The notes beneath the pieces are model-generated. The model made no database searches, was not told the DNA's origin, and was given only the letters and a program-made list of their open reading frames with translations. Below are positions 1 to 9,931 of a stretch of DNA of 64,000 bases, one piece after another (within the stretch, counting starts at the first letter, position 1; each line of letters starts with the position of its first letter). A program made the translations under genes and the position numbers. Origin of the DNA: Salinispira sp. (GTDB lineage Bacteria > Spirochaetota > Spirochaetia > DSM-27196 > Salinispiraceae); the NCBI GenBank assembly GCA_965602015.1, contig OZ271918.1:2880001-2944000 (forward strand). The letters are read 5' to 3'.

Positions 1-765
1 CAGCTCGGAGTCTGCTTTTTTTATCATCTCACAAAAGCGCTTCGCATCTGGGTAGAGGATGTCGGCGCTTCCGGTCAACAGCAGTATCGGCGGAAGCCCT
101 GACAGCTCGCCGTACAGGGGACTGATCTTGGGGTGATCCAGGGCGAGCCCCCCGGCATACCAGCGGGCGAATTTAAGCAGATTCTGCCGCCCGAGAACCG
201 GGTCGCTTTTCTCGACTGCCATGATTTCCGGGTTACTCATGCTCAAATCAAGCCATGGCGAGAGCAGAACGGCCGCCTGGGGCGCCAGGAGAGGGGACCG
301 GGAAAAGCGCTGACTAAGGCGGAGGGCGAGATTACCCCCGGCGGAATCTCCCATCAGCATGATACACCGCCGCCTTCGCTCCAGGGCATATGAGGTGTAC
401 AATGCTTCCAGCTTGAGGAAAACATCGTCGGCATTGTGGGCCGGAGCCAGCGGGTATCGTGGAATAAAGACTTCGCAGCGAAGCTTGTCGACCAAATATC
501 TGATGAAGACCAGGTGGAGGGGATGAAGGCCGTTCACAAATGCTCCGCCGTGAAGGTAGAAGAGCGAGATATCTACCCGGTCCTTCTTGGGGCGAATGGT
601 AATACAGTTCACCTCTTCCCTGTCAAATCGTTCAATTGAATAAAAAAACTGCAATCCGGACAGCAGGCCCTCGATATTACTGGGGCCCCGGGGTTTTGCG
701 AGAAAGCGCTTGAACTTCAAACGGTGCATGAGATGATACAACATTGTGCTTTGCCAATTGGCCAT
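1..765 (-). CDS. alpha/beta hydrolase (HSL-like esterase/lipase), 3' end outside window
   Basis: Not in the ORF track because it is truncated. Manual translation from ATG at 765 gives LFYLHGGAFV (oxyanion motif) and MLMGDSAGGNLAL (GDSAG nucleophile motif). Confidence 0.85.
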   Translation of the reverse strand, partial: MANWQSTMLYHLMHRLKFKRFLAKPRGPSNIEGLLSGLQFFYSIERFDREEVNCITIRPKKDRVDISLFYLHGGAFVNGLHPLHLVFIRYLVDKLRCEVFIPRYPLAPAHNADDVFLKLEALYTSYALERRRRCIMLMGDSAGGNLALRLSQRFSRSPLLAPQAAVLLSPWLDLSMSNPEIMAVEKSDPVLGRQNLLKFARWYAGGLALDHPKISPLYGELSGLPPILLLTGSADILYPDAKRFCEMIKKADSEL

Positions 766-880
766 AGTGAGGTAAATATACTACAAACGCCGCGAAGTGG
801 GACCCGCAGTCCGGATAGAGTAAACGCGGGTGCCACAAAAACAGCTGATTTTCTGTCTCTACAACGAGTAAATCGCTTTT

Positions 881-1327
881 CTACTCCAGGGGGACGCTCA
901 TTATCAGTTCGCCGTCCTCTTCCAGGCCGGTTTCCCTGAAGCCCAGAGATTCGTAGAACTCCTTGGCGGACTTCTGGTCCGGGACATAGCTGGTGAGCAG
1001 TTCTTTCGCGTTGGGAAGGGTCTTAACAAAATCAATGACCTGAAGCATGGCCGCCTTTCCGTACCCCTTATGCTGATGGTCCTTGTCGATCATTAATCGC
1101 CAAAGGAAATATTCAGGTTTTTTGGGGTTCAGGGAGAGCATGACAAAGCCCACGGGATTATCGCCGGCATATATTGCCCGGAACCAGGCTTCGTGGGAAA
1201 AATGAGCCTGCGCAATGGACACCGCATTGGGGGCAACCAGGTGCTCCTGGTCCTTTGCAACCTTGAGTTCGAGCACCGATTTGAGGGTATCTTCGGTTAT
1301 TTCCTGCAGTGTTATTTGTTCCTTCAT
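881..1327 (-). CDS. GNAT family N-acetyltransferase (BltD/spermidine acetyltransferase-like)
   Basis: LWRLMIDKDHQHKGYG acetyl-CoA motif and FYESLGF; ATG at 1327 (MKEQITL) preferred. Confidence 0.85.
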   Translation of the reverse strand: MKEQITLQEITEDTLKSVLELKVAKDQEHLVAPNAVSIAQAHFSHEAWFRAIYAGDNPVGFVMLSLNPKKPEYFLWRLMIDKDHQHKGYGKAAMLQVIDFVKTLPNAKELLTSYVPDQKSAKEFYESLGFRETGLEEDGELIMSVPLE

Positions 1328-1388
1328 ATCCGCCTCTGCAAACAATTATATCCATACAAAGCCCGTTGAAAAGGAGTTTTTTCCTGTT

Positions 1389-2477
1389 TTAGCGGATTAC
1401 CCGGGCATTTCCCTCCCAAATGCTCCAAAGTTCATCCTCATTGACCGGCTGGGAGTAATCCGTAAGCAGGCTGGCAGCCAGAGCTCCGGCGGCCCAGCCG
1501 AAACGCATGCATTGCTTCCCGCTCCATGACCGGAGAATTCCATACAGCAATCCGCCGACAAAACCGTCGCCGCCGCCGATGCGGTCGAGCACTCCGATTT
1601 CCCGGGGCGGAGCACTGCGCCATTCGCCGTCGGCCCGGAGAACTGCGCCCCACAGGTGTTTGTTGGCGGAAATAACCTGCCGGAGTGTGGCGGCGATTAC
1701 CCGGGCCTGGGGAAGCTCATCACTCACCCGTTCCATCATCTGTTTATACCCGGCTATTTTTTCCCTGAGATCCTCGCCGCCGGTTGCCGGACCCTCAAAG
1801 CCGAGACAAAGCTGAAAATCTTCCTCATTGCCAACCAAAATATGGGCTTCCGACGCGATTTCCCGGAACACCTGTCGCAGTTCTTCACTCCGGTCTTGCC
1901 AGAACGATGCCCGATAATTGAGATCGAAGGATATAAGGCTGCCGTTGTTTTTCGCCGCCCGAAGGATTTCGAGACAAAACTGCCCGGACTTTTCTGAGAG
2001 GGCGGCGATGAGTCCCGACAGATGAACGATTTTAACCCCTTCGTCCCGGAAAATTCTATCGAAGTCAAAATCGTCAGACCTAAGCTCCCGGCCGACTTCT
2101 CCCGCTCTGTCATTGTGAACCCTGGGCCCCCGACCTCCGTAACCCGAATCTGCAACGTTAAACTGATGGCGGAAGCCCCATGGCCCGCCCTGCCGAAGCT
2201 CAGGCCCCTCGAAACTCATTCCACGCCTACGCAGATCGTCACGGATCAGACGTGAAACCGGGCTATCCTGTACGAAGTTGGTAAGAACCTTAACAGGCAT
2301 GCCCAGGCTCGCGGCGACAGACGCCGCATTGGTTTCGGCGCTGGTAACCTGCATGGTGAACTTTCCTCCGGCATGAACCGGCTGGCCGGCTTCCGGGGTA
2401 AGACGAACTCCCATGCTTGTGGGGACCAGGAGGGACCATCGCGCTTCTGATTTGAGATTCATCACCGGATCAGACAT
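1389..2477 (-). CDS. kdgK: PfkB-family sugar kinase, 2-keto-3-deoxygluconate kinase-like
   Basis: SFDLNYRASFW, GNEED and DRIGGGDGF motifs typical of KdgK; overlaps the gndA stop. Confidence 0.75.
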   Translation of the reverse strand: MSDPVMNLKSEARWSLLVPTSMGVRLTPEAGQPVHAGGKFTMQVTSAETNAASVAASLGMPVKVLTNFVQDSPVSRLIRDDLRRRGMSFEGPELRQGGPWGFRHQFNVADSGYGGRGPRVHNDRAGEVGRELRSDDFDFDRIFRDEGVKIVHLSGLIAALSEKSGQFCLEILRAAKNNGSLISFDLNYRASFWQDRSEELRQVFREIASEAHILVGNEEDFQLCLGFEGPATGGEDLREKIAGYKQMMERVSDELPQARVIAATLRQVISANKHLWGAVLRADGEWRSAPPREIGVLDRIGGGDGFVGGLLYGILRSWSGKQCMRFGWAAGALAASLLTDYSQPVNEDELWSIWEGNARVIR

Positions 2478-3927
2478 CGTAGGTGGATGAGGAGACCTGG
2501 CCGCCGCTTCCGGTCCAGTTAGTGTGGAAAAACTCGCCCCGCGGCTTGTCGATCCGCTCGTAGGTATGGGCGCCGAAGTAATCCCGTTGAGCCTGAAGCA
2601 GGTTGGCCGGCAGGCGCTCGCTTCGGTAACCGTCGAAAAACGCCAATGCGGTGCTTAAGGCCGGCACCGGGATGCCCGAAGAAACCGCGGCGGCCACAAC
2701 CCGGCGCAGGGCGTCCTGGCTGTCCAGGACCACCGATCGGAAGTACCCGTCCATCAGCAGGCTGCTGAGTTCGGGGTTTTTATCGTAGGCTGCCTTGATT
2801 TTGTCCAGGAAGGCCGACCGAATAATGCAGCCCTCCCGCCACATCAGCGCGATTGAACCGTAGTTGATTTTCCACCCGTTTTCCTTCGCAGCTTCGCGCA
2901 TAAGCATAAAGCCCTGGGTATAGGAGATGATTTTCGCAAATAACAAGGCTTTTTCCAGATCGTCGATAAAAGCGTCGCGGTCAACGTCGAAGGGCTTTCC
3001 GGGGCCCGGGAGAATAGCGGATGCCCGGGTCCTCTCTTCCTTTAAGGCGGAAAGGCAGCGGGAGAATACCGCCTCGCCGATGAGCGTGACCGGAACTCCC
3101 AAATCGAGGGCGGAAATACCGGTCCATTTCCCGGTTCCCTTTTGTCCCGCGCTGTCCAGGATTTTTTCCACCAGCGGCTGCCCGTCAGCATCCTTGAAAG
3201 CCATAATATCCCGGGTAATTTCAATGAGGTAGGAATCGAGGGGTCCCTCGTTGTATTTCGAGAACACCCGGTGCATTTCCTCGGCGTTGAGTCCCAAACC
3301 TTCTTTCATTAATTGATAAGCCTCGGTAATGAGCTGCATGTCTCCATATTCAATGCCGTTATGAACCATTTTCACATAGTGGCCGGAACCGGCGTCGCCG
3401 ACCCAGTCGCAGCATGCCTGCCCGTCTTTGGTTTTGGCGCTGATGTCCTGGAGGATATTTTTGACCTGAGGCCAGGCAGACTCATTGCCTCCGGGCATAA
3501 TGGACGGGCCATGCCGTGCCCCTTCCTCGCCTCCGGACACCCCGGTTCCCACGAACAGTATTCCCTTTTTCGCCAGGTCCCGTGTGCGGCGGTTGGAATC
3601 GGGGAAATGACTGTTTCCCCCGTCGATGATGATGTCCCCTTCTTCGAGATGGGGAAGCAGTTTTTCAATAAATATATCAACAACGTCGCCGGCTTTGACC
3701 ATGAGCATCACCCGCCGGGGCCGCTTCAGCGAGCCGACCAGTTCCTCGACGCTTCGCGCAGGGAAAATACTGTCTTCCCTGCCCGAGGCCGGACCCTTCA
3801 TAAAAGCGTCGGTTTTTTCGACGCTACGGTTGTATACCGCAACGCGGTAGCCGTGGTCATTCATGTTCAAAACCAGGTTTTGACCCATCACCGCCAGTCC
3901 GATCAGCCCTATATCAGCATTGCTCAT
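2470..3927 (-). CDS. gndA: 6-phosphogluconate dehydrogenase, decarboxylating (NADP+)
   Basis: IGLIGLAVMGQNL, VKMVHNGIEYGDMQ, AGQKGTGKW, QAQRDYFGAH; start corrected to MSNADIG at 3927. Confidence 0.97.
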   Translation of the reverse strand: MSNADIGLIGLAVMGQNLVLNMNDHGYRVAVYNRSVEKTDAFMKGPASGREDSIFPARSVEELVGSLKRPRRVMLMVKAGDVVDIFIEKLLPHLEEGDIIIDGGNSHFPDSNRRTRDLAKKGILFVGTGVSGGEEGARHGPSIMPGGNESAWPQVKNILQDISAKTKDGQACCDWVGDAGSGHYVKMVHNGIEYGDMQLITEAYQLMKEGLGLNAEEMHRVFSKYNEGPLDSYLIEITRDIMAFKDADGQPLVEKILDSAGQKGTGKWTGISALDLGVPVTLIGEAVFSRCLSALKEERTRASAILPGPGKPFDVDRDAFIDDLEKALLFAKIISYTQGFMLMREAAKENGWKINYGSIALMWREGCIIRSAFLDKIKAAYDKNPELSSLLMDGYFRSVVLDSQDALRRVVAAAVSSGIPVPALSTALAFFDGYRSERLPANLLQAQRDYFGAHTYERIDKPRGEFFHTNWTGSGGQVSSSTYDV

Positions 3928-3982
3928 CCGCTTCTCCCCGGGGATTCCCCCTCTTTTGTTCAACCACAGGCACTGGCCGTTA

Positions 3983-4879
3983 TTATGGCGCAGACCTCTC
4001 CCACGGCGGATTTTCCGGCAGAGCCTTGAGAAACTCCTCATTAATACGCCGCTGATACTCACCGGCGAAGTTCCCCTGGAAGAATCGGTCCAGCCCCTCA
4101 TCTGTCAGACGCTTCCAGGACTGTTCCTCCTTCCCGGGAATAATGGGAAAAAACAGCACTCCCGCAGCCTGCGCCGCCGCCAAATCGCCGGGAGCGTCGC
4201 CGATCATAAGCCGGGCATCGCCAGCATACTTGCCGCCGCTGGCTGACTCAAGACTGCTTTTCTTGGAGCCCGCTTCCTGTCCGGCCACATGGGCTACCAG
4301 CTTCAGCAGCCCCTGCTCTCCCCATTCCTTTTCAATCTGGGCGATGGGGGCGGAGCTGACGACCATGCAGTCCGCCTGACCGGACATCCTGGCCAGGGCG
4401 TTCCGTACTCCGCCAAAGGGATCGACTCCACGGACGACTTCCTCGATGGCCCGGTTGACCGCCACCGACCAATTCCTGACCTTCTCGAGCTGAGGTCCGG
4501 GTGTATTCCCCATTGCCTGCTCCAGGGATTGTATGTCGTGCACCTCAGTCCCGTCGACCCATTGCATAAAATCCCCAAGCTGGGGAACCGCAGCGGCGGA
4601 AGAAAGAACATCGGGATGTGCCGCCAGGTACTTCATACTCAACGCGAGACCCTTGAAGCGGTTTATTCCCCGGGTTCTGCTGTACAGGTTGGCAAACTCC
4701 CAGACCTGCCGGGCGGGTTCTGCTATTTCTCCGAGGTCAAATTCCCGTATATAGGCCGGGCAAAAACAGCGCTTATGTTTGATTTCCATGGTATCGAACA
4801 CGCAGCCGTCCGAATCAATGCCGATGAACCATTCATGCTGCGGCTGTATATCGCGAATCCGATTATGATGCTCGTTCAC
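3983..4879 (-). CDS. HAD-superfamily hydrolase
   Basis: DSDGCVFDTM (motif I), VSS (motif II), MIGDAPGD (motif IV). Confidence 0.85.
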   Translation of the reverse strand: MNEHHNRIRDIQPQHEWFIGIDSDGCVFDTMEIKHKRCFCPAYIREFDLGEIAEPARQVWEFANLYSRTRGINRFKGLALSMKYLAAHPDVLSSAAAVPQLGDFMQWVDGTEVHDIQSLEQAMGNTPGPQLEKVRNWSVAVNRAIEEVVRGVDPFGGVRNALARMSGQADCMVVSSAPIAQIEKEWGEQGLLKLVAHVAGQEAGSKKSSLESASGGKYAGDARLMIGDAPGDLAAAQAAGVLFFPIIPGKEEQSWKRLTDEGLDRFFQGNFAGEYQRRINEEFLKALPENPPWERSAP

Positions 4880-5040
4880 CCTGTATTCCTTTTCTTTTAA
4901 AACCGAGCATTCGCGGGGACTCCGCTACGCCCCCAAATGGAAGCTCGGATAGTTCTTCACTATACGATACATGGAAAAATCTTTCAGGGACAGGAGAAAC
5001 TCAGTAGATTGCCGCCGGTTTTTTATTGATGTAAAGAAGC

Positions 5041-5580
5041 TTACTCACGGCTGCGAAAGAGCAAATTAGCAGGTGGATACTGATTTCGATAGGTGAAGAG
5101 AATCTGAAGATTTACCATTTCACCGCCCCACTCTACATAGCTGTGCCGCCAGTCGACTGGCGCGCCATTGACGTGAATGTCGTACCGGCGTCGGTGGCCC
5201 GGCGGCATGGCCCGGTCGATGGCGACAAACCATGCATAGACCTCCTTGACGCTGAGAATTTCAGGAGGTCCCGCCCCGCCGTCGTCAATGAGCAGAAACC
5301 CTTCCAAACGGAGCAGATCGATTGCCGTTTGTGCTGCCTGGGCATCAAGGGTAAAGGGTTTGGGGCTGGGAAAAATGACTGAAGTACGCGGCGCCGGATG
5401 TATCGGAGGGCGTTCGGCGTCTGTCTGCCCAGTCTGGGCGGGCAATGCCGCCGGTGAAAGTGCAGGGAGCTCCTGGGCTTGAGATGGATAGGCGAGCAGC
5501 AGGAACATGGCCCCGGTCATCAGAGAAAGAAGGATTTGAGGAGCGATCAAATGTGCGCTGTGTGAGTGCCGAGTTTTCAA
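5041..5580 (-). CDS. hypothetical exported protein
   Basis: 179-aa ORF with a signal-peptide-like segment (…AYPSQA) and a Pro/Ala linker; start uncertain. Confidence 0.55.
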   Translation of the reverse strand: MKTRHSHSAHLIAPQILLSLMTGAMFLLLAYPSQAQELPALSPAALPAQTGQTDAERPPIHPAPRTSVIFPSPKPFTLDAQAAQTAIDLLRLEGFLLIDDGGAGPPEILSVKEVYAWFVAIDRAMPPGHRRRYDIHVNGAPVDWRHSYVEWGGEMVNLQILFTYRNQYPPANLLFRSRE

Positions 5581-5754
5581 ACCTCTCGTAACCTCCCTGT
5601 TACGTTAGATTCTATCGGCGTTGCGGCTGCTGCAGCTTAGTAATCCATTCTCCCGACAGTACGGTGACCTCCTACCATGCAGCCGGAAAATTTGCGTTTT
5701 GCCCGCAAATGCCCAATAGTTTAATAATCTGAATAGTGCAATCGAGGAATCAAC

Positions 5755-7371
5755 GTGGAGCGAATCGCTGGCCTCAGACGACGACGGGCGGCATTCATTT
5801 TTAGCATCCTTCTCTTTTTTACCGTATCGCTGTTGTTGCTGATCACGTTGATCAGAGAAAACAGAACCTCCATGGATGACGAACTTCAACAGGCAATCAG
5901 TATAGAAATACAGCAGATCTCCTCGAGCCTGGAGCAGGTATTCCGGGGGATTCGTTCGAATCTGGTTTCTGTTTCAGAGGCGTATAAATACGGACTGCGG
6001 GAACTGACTGATCTTTCAATCTGGCTGAATGATATCGCCGACTCCAGAGCCGATTTGCTACGGACGATTCTTATTGTCAATGACCGGGGAATCGTCATTG
6101 CCGAGTCCCGATTCGAGCGGAGCGCCCTGGGTTTTGATGTATCCGACAGGGATTACTTCCTGGCGCATCGAGATGGCAACGCAGATCAGGCAGTGTTTCT
6201 TCAAAGCGTGGTCAGCAGGGTCAACGGCGAGTGGTCGATGCCCGTATCAAAAGGAATTTATTCCTCCAACGGTGTTTTTCTCGGGGTTGCGGTAGCCTCC
6301 CTTGAACCGCGCTATGTGTCCCGGATTCTGGAGAGAATAAGTAATCCCCGTTTTGGAGGGAAGATCGTCCTTCATTCCAGGGAATCGGTTCTCACCTCGC
6401 TTCCGTACGACAGGGAAATCCTCGGCAGATCTATGAACGAAATCAGGCCTCAATCAGCTCATCCGGAGGATGATCGATTTGCGGCGGAACATCAGCTTGA
6501 CCTACCCTTCCCCCTGGTGTTTACCTATGTTCCGGATCGCTATGATTACTCACATATCGGATTTGATTTGGCCGCAGGTCTGACAGTGATAGTAATTGTC
6601 GTATCGCTGTTATCCTTCCTGGCATACCTGGATACCCGCAACCAGGAGAGGCTGGCCAGGTACGCCGCCGAGCTGGAGGGCCGTGACCGGGCACAGAAGA
6701 TATTATTAACTGAGCTGCAAAAGGCTCTGGCCGACCGCGACATCCTGCTCAGGGAGATATCCCATCGCACCCAGAACTCCATGGCAATCATCGCCGCAGT
6801 GTTGAATTTAAAGGCCGCCCGTCACGAAGGGAATTCCGCAGTTGGCGAACTGGTCTCCGATACGGAAAAACGCATTCAAGCCCTGAGCATGGTGTACGCC
6901 TTAACGGATAATCAGGTTAGCGGCGGCGCGGTCAACATAAAGCGCTTCCTCAAAAAGCTGGCTTCCCACGTATCGATTGCCTATGGCTCAAGCGAGTGCC
7001 GGGTAGTCGTTGCGGTGCAGTCACCGGCGATTCTACTGCCCATCGACCAGGCAGTTCCCCTGTCCCTGGTCCTCCACGAGCTTATCATCAACTCGATACA
7101 ACATGGTTTTACCGGCCGGAGCAGCGGGTCCATAGATATTTCTATTTCCCGGTCTTCAGGAGCCCTGACCTGCGACTACCGGGATGACGGAAGAGGCTTT
7201 GAAAATCCCGAAGCTGAAGTCAAGGGCATAGGACTGAGCACCATCTATCAGATTATCGAACTTCAGCTCGACGGCAGCTACGATTTTATTGACGGCAAAG
7301 GCGTGCATCTAAGGGTCACTTTTCCCTTGAACGCGCAGGTCACAATTAAAGCGGAAGGGGAAGGTCAATGA
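5755..7371 (+). CDS. membrane sensor histidine kinase (Cache sensor, HisKA_2 type)
   Basis: Two TM segments flank a Cache-like 'VSDRDYF…SRVNGEW' region; EISHRTQN H-box, HELIINSIQH N-box, DDGRGF, GIGL. Confidence 0.9.
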   Translation: MERIAGLRRRRAAFIFSILLFFTVSLLLLITLIRENRTSMDDELQQAISIEIQQISSSLEQVFRGIRSNLVSVSEAYKYGLRELTDLSIWLNDIADSRADLLRTILIVNDRGIVIAESRFERSALGFDVSDRDYFLAHRDGNADQAVFLQSVVSRVNGEWSMPVSKGIYSSNGVFLGVAVASLEPRYVSRILERISNPRFGGKIVLHSRESVLTSLPYDREILGRSMNEIRPQSAHPEDDRFAAEHQLDLPFPLVFTYVPDRYDYSHIGFDLAAGLTVIVIVVSLLSFLAYLDTRNQERLARYAAELEGRDRAQKILLTELQKALADRDILLREISHRTQNSMAIIAAVLNLKAARHEGNSAVGELVSDTEKRIQALSMVYALTDNQVSGGAVNIKRFLKKLASHVSIAYGSSECRVVVAVQSPAILLPIDQAVPLSLVLHELIINSIQHGFTGRSSGSIDISISRSSGALTCDYRDDGRGFENPEAEVKGIGLSTIYQIIELQLDGSYDFIDGKGVHLRVTFPLNAQVTIKAEGEGQ

Positions 7372-7721
7372 CGGTAATGCTTGTGGAGGACGAACCTATT
7401 CTGCTTCTGCTATTGAAGAAATTCATGAAGAGCCTGGATTGCCGCGTAAGCGCGGCGGTGATGAGCGGTGAAGAAGCCGTCGAAGCGGCCAGAAATACCA
7501 TTCCCGATGTAATTATTATGGACATCAGGCTCAAGGGAGCTATGGACGGAATCACCGCTGCGCTGACCATCAATTCAGGAATACCGGTGATTTTTACAAC
7601 CGCCTATGGCGACGACGAGATTCGAAAACGGGCGGCAAGCTGCAGCATGGCGGCCTTTATCAACAAACCATATGGAATAGAAGAAATTCGCGCCGCACTG
7701 GAAGCGGCGAATACAGGCTGA
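7368..7721 (+). CDS. single-domain response regulator
   Basis: VEDE, MDIRL (phospho-Asp), TAY and KP motifs; ATGA overlap with the kinase. Confidence 0.92.
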   Translation: MTVMLVEDEPILLLLLKKFMKSLDCRVSAAVMSGEEAVEAARNTIPDVIIMDIRLKGAMDGITAALTINSGIPVIFTTAYGDDEIRKRAASCSMAAFINKPYGIEEIRAALEAANTG

Positions 7722-7784
7722 ACTAGATAAAAAAGCCATCGGCAGCCTTAATTATTCGAGGCAGCCAATCAATAGGAGAGCAGA

Positions 7785-9638
7785 GTGAAAATCCGAGGCA
7801 TTCTGATTTTGGGCGTCAGCCTCTTGAGTCTTTTAATTGTGGCAACCTCAACGGTTTCAATCATTACGACCATAAATATCGCAGCCTTTGAACGGGAAAT
7901 CTATGAGATACGGCTGGTTTCCATAGATTACCTCATTCAATCGGACCGGGACGCTTATCAGTCGCATCTGGCGCTGGTGTACCTGCTGTGGGCCGGAAGC
8001 GCCGGTCGGGAACTGGACGGAGCCACGGAATCGGGCTATCTGGCAGATGTGCGGGACAATGCCGCCCAGGTGAGCGAGAGATTCGGGGTATTCGCCTCCC
8101 TCATGACCGATGCGGAACAGGAAACCGCCGAACGTATCGCGAACTTTGACGGAAAATACAACCGCTGGCTTCGGGTTGTGAACCAGGTGCTGGCTGCATA
8201 CGAAGCCGGGAATATAGAACAGGCGGTGGCGGTTTTTTCACGGGACTATGCATCCCCCTTTGATGATTTGAGAAATGACATCGATGTTCTCACGGAATTC
8301 AGCCAGAATGCCGCCGCTGCGGCGCACCAACAGGTGGAGGATTCGGTAATTTTTATCGAGATCGTCAATATCGCCCTCACCATTACCGGGGTCATCTCCT
8401 CGATAATTATCGTTATTCTAATAATCCGCCGTGTTCTCAGACCGATTTCCCAGGTGAGCATAAGCGCCGAGGAATTAAGTTCAGGCGAGGGCGATTTAAC
8501 CCAGCGTCTGCCCATGAAGGGCAGCGACGAGATGGCCATGCTCTCGGGGCATTTGAATGCCTTCATTGCAAAGACCGAAAAGATCCTTATAAGTCTGAGA
8601 AATACCGCGGAAGTGTCCAATGAAATAAAGGCGAGCCTGGTCGCCTCGGTGGAAGAGAACGCCGCGGGCGCCACCGAAATCTCCGCCAACATCGCCTCGA
8701 TCACCGATCAGATTTCAGGCCTGGATGGAAGCATCCGCTCGATCAGTTCAAACATGGAAGGAATGAAGCAGTCCATCGGCGTTTTCGAAGGCCAAGTGGG
8801 CGACCAGGCCGCGATGGTGGAAGAGTCTACCGCTTCGGTGACCGAAATGATCGCCTCGATTAACAATTTAGCCTCTATATCCCAAAAGCGGAAAGAAGCC
8901 ACCGAAGCCGTTCGGACAATTGTCCACGACGGGAATACTCGGGTCGCAGAATCCAACGACGCGGTCCAGGCCATCCACGCAGATATAGACAGTATTCTTG
9001 AAATGACCGGACTGATTGCCGGCATCGCTTCCCAAACCAATCTGCTGTCCATGAATGCGGCAATAGAAGCCGCCCATGCGGGAGATGCAGGCCGGGGGTT
9101 CTCCGTCGTCGCCGAGGAAATACGCAAACTGGCGGAAACAACCGGAACCCAGTCGCAATCGATAAATGAGGTATTGTCCCGGGTTGTACAGAATATAGAA
9201 ACCGCCTCCGAGGCCTCCCAGTTCACCAGCAATCTGTACGAGCAGATCATCAAGGAATTCAGCATGTTGATGGATGCATTCGAGGAAATTACCCAAAACA
9301 CCCTTGAGCTGAATACCGGAGGAAAGCAAATTCTGGAAGCCATGAACAATCTCTCCCGTCAGAGTTTGACGGTCAAAGAAGAAGCTGAAAGCATTCGCAA
9401 TGCCAATGTCAGCATAGGCGAAGAGATGAACCGCATTGCCGACAATTCGGTGTCGGTATCGAATGCGAGTACGGAAATCCGCCGGGGTATCGCCGAAATT
9501 TCCGGTTCATCGGAAGAAATGCGTGAACAGGCCACCCGTCTTGCGACGGCCATAGACCGGGCGGGCCAGCAGCTCCAGCAGTTCGTACTTTCCGATGAAG
9601 AAGCAGAGGAAATTGGAGAACCCGAGGACCGTGAGTGA
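7785..9638 (+). CDS. methyl-accepting chemotaxis protein
   Basis: TM-4HB-TM-HAMP layout, then QTNLLSMNAAIEAAHAGDAGRGFSVVAEEIRKLAE. Confidence 0.95.
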   Translation: MKIRGILILGVSLLSLLIVATSTVSIITTINIAAFEREIYEIRLVSIDYLIQSDRDAYQSHLALVYLLWAGSAGRELDGATESGYLADVRDNAAQVSERFGVFASLMTDAEQETAERIANFDGKYNRWLRVVNQVLAAYEAGNIEQAVAVFSRDYASPFDDLRNDIDVLTEFSQNAAAAAHQQVEDSVIFIEIVNIALTITGVISSIIIVILIIRRVLRPISQVSISAEELSSGEGDLTQRLPMKGSDEMAMLSGHLNAFIAKTEKILISLRNTAEVSNEIKASLVASVEENAAGATEISANIASITDQISGLDGSIRSISSNMEGMKQSIGVFEGQVGDQAAMVEESTASVTEMIASINNLASISQKRKEATEAVRTIVHDGNTRVAESNDAVQAIHADIDSILEMTGLIAGIASQTNLLSMNAAIEAAHAGDAGRGFSVVAEEIRKLAETTGTQSQSINEVLSRVVQNIETASEASQFTSNLYEQIIKEFSMLMDAFEEITQNTLELNTGGKQILEAMNNLSRQSLTVKEEAESIRNANVSIGEEMNRIADNSVSVSNASTEIRRGIAEISGSSEEMREQATRLATAIDRAGQQLQQFVLSDEEAEEIGEPEDRE

Positions 9639-9652
9639 CAGTTAGCTTTTCC

Positions 9653-9931
9653 TCAGAGAAATAGCAGGGCGAACAGCCCGTATCCCGCCGCCGCGGTAAC
9701 GAGAATCACCAGCACATAGGGAATAAGCACCCGAATCCCGATGATCACCATGAGGAACACCTCGGACATGGGCAGGTTCTTTCGGGCATCGGACCGGCGG
9801 CTCAACCCGGAAGCCTCAGAGGCTTTCCGGGAATCCTCCGCCGCCCCGGTGTCGGCAGACGAAGCATTCTGAGGGTCCCGTGACTTCCGGGGCTCTTGCG
9901 TTTTTGTGTGCCGGCGGGATTCTTCTCTCAC
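9653..9931 (-). CDS. small membrane protein, last gene of the peptide ABC operon
   Basis: GTGA overlap with the oppF-like stop; polar N-terminus and hydrophobic C-terminus. Confidence 0.55.
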   Translation of the reverse strand: MREESRRHTKTQEPRKSRDPQNASSADTGAAEDSRKASEASGLSRRSDARKNLPMSEVFLMVIIGIRVLIPYVLVILVTAAAGYGLFALLFL

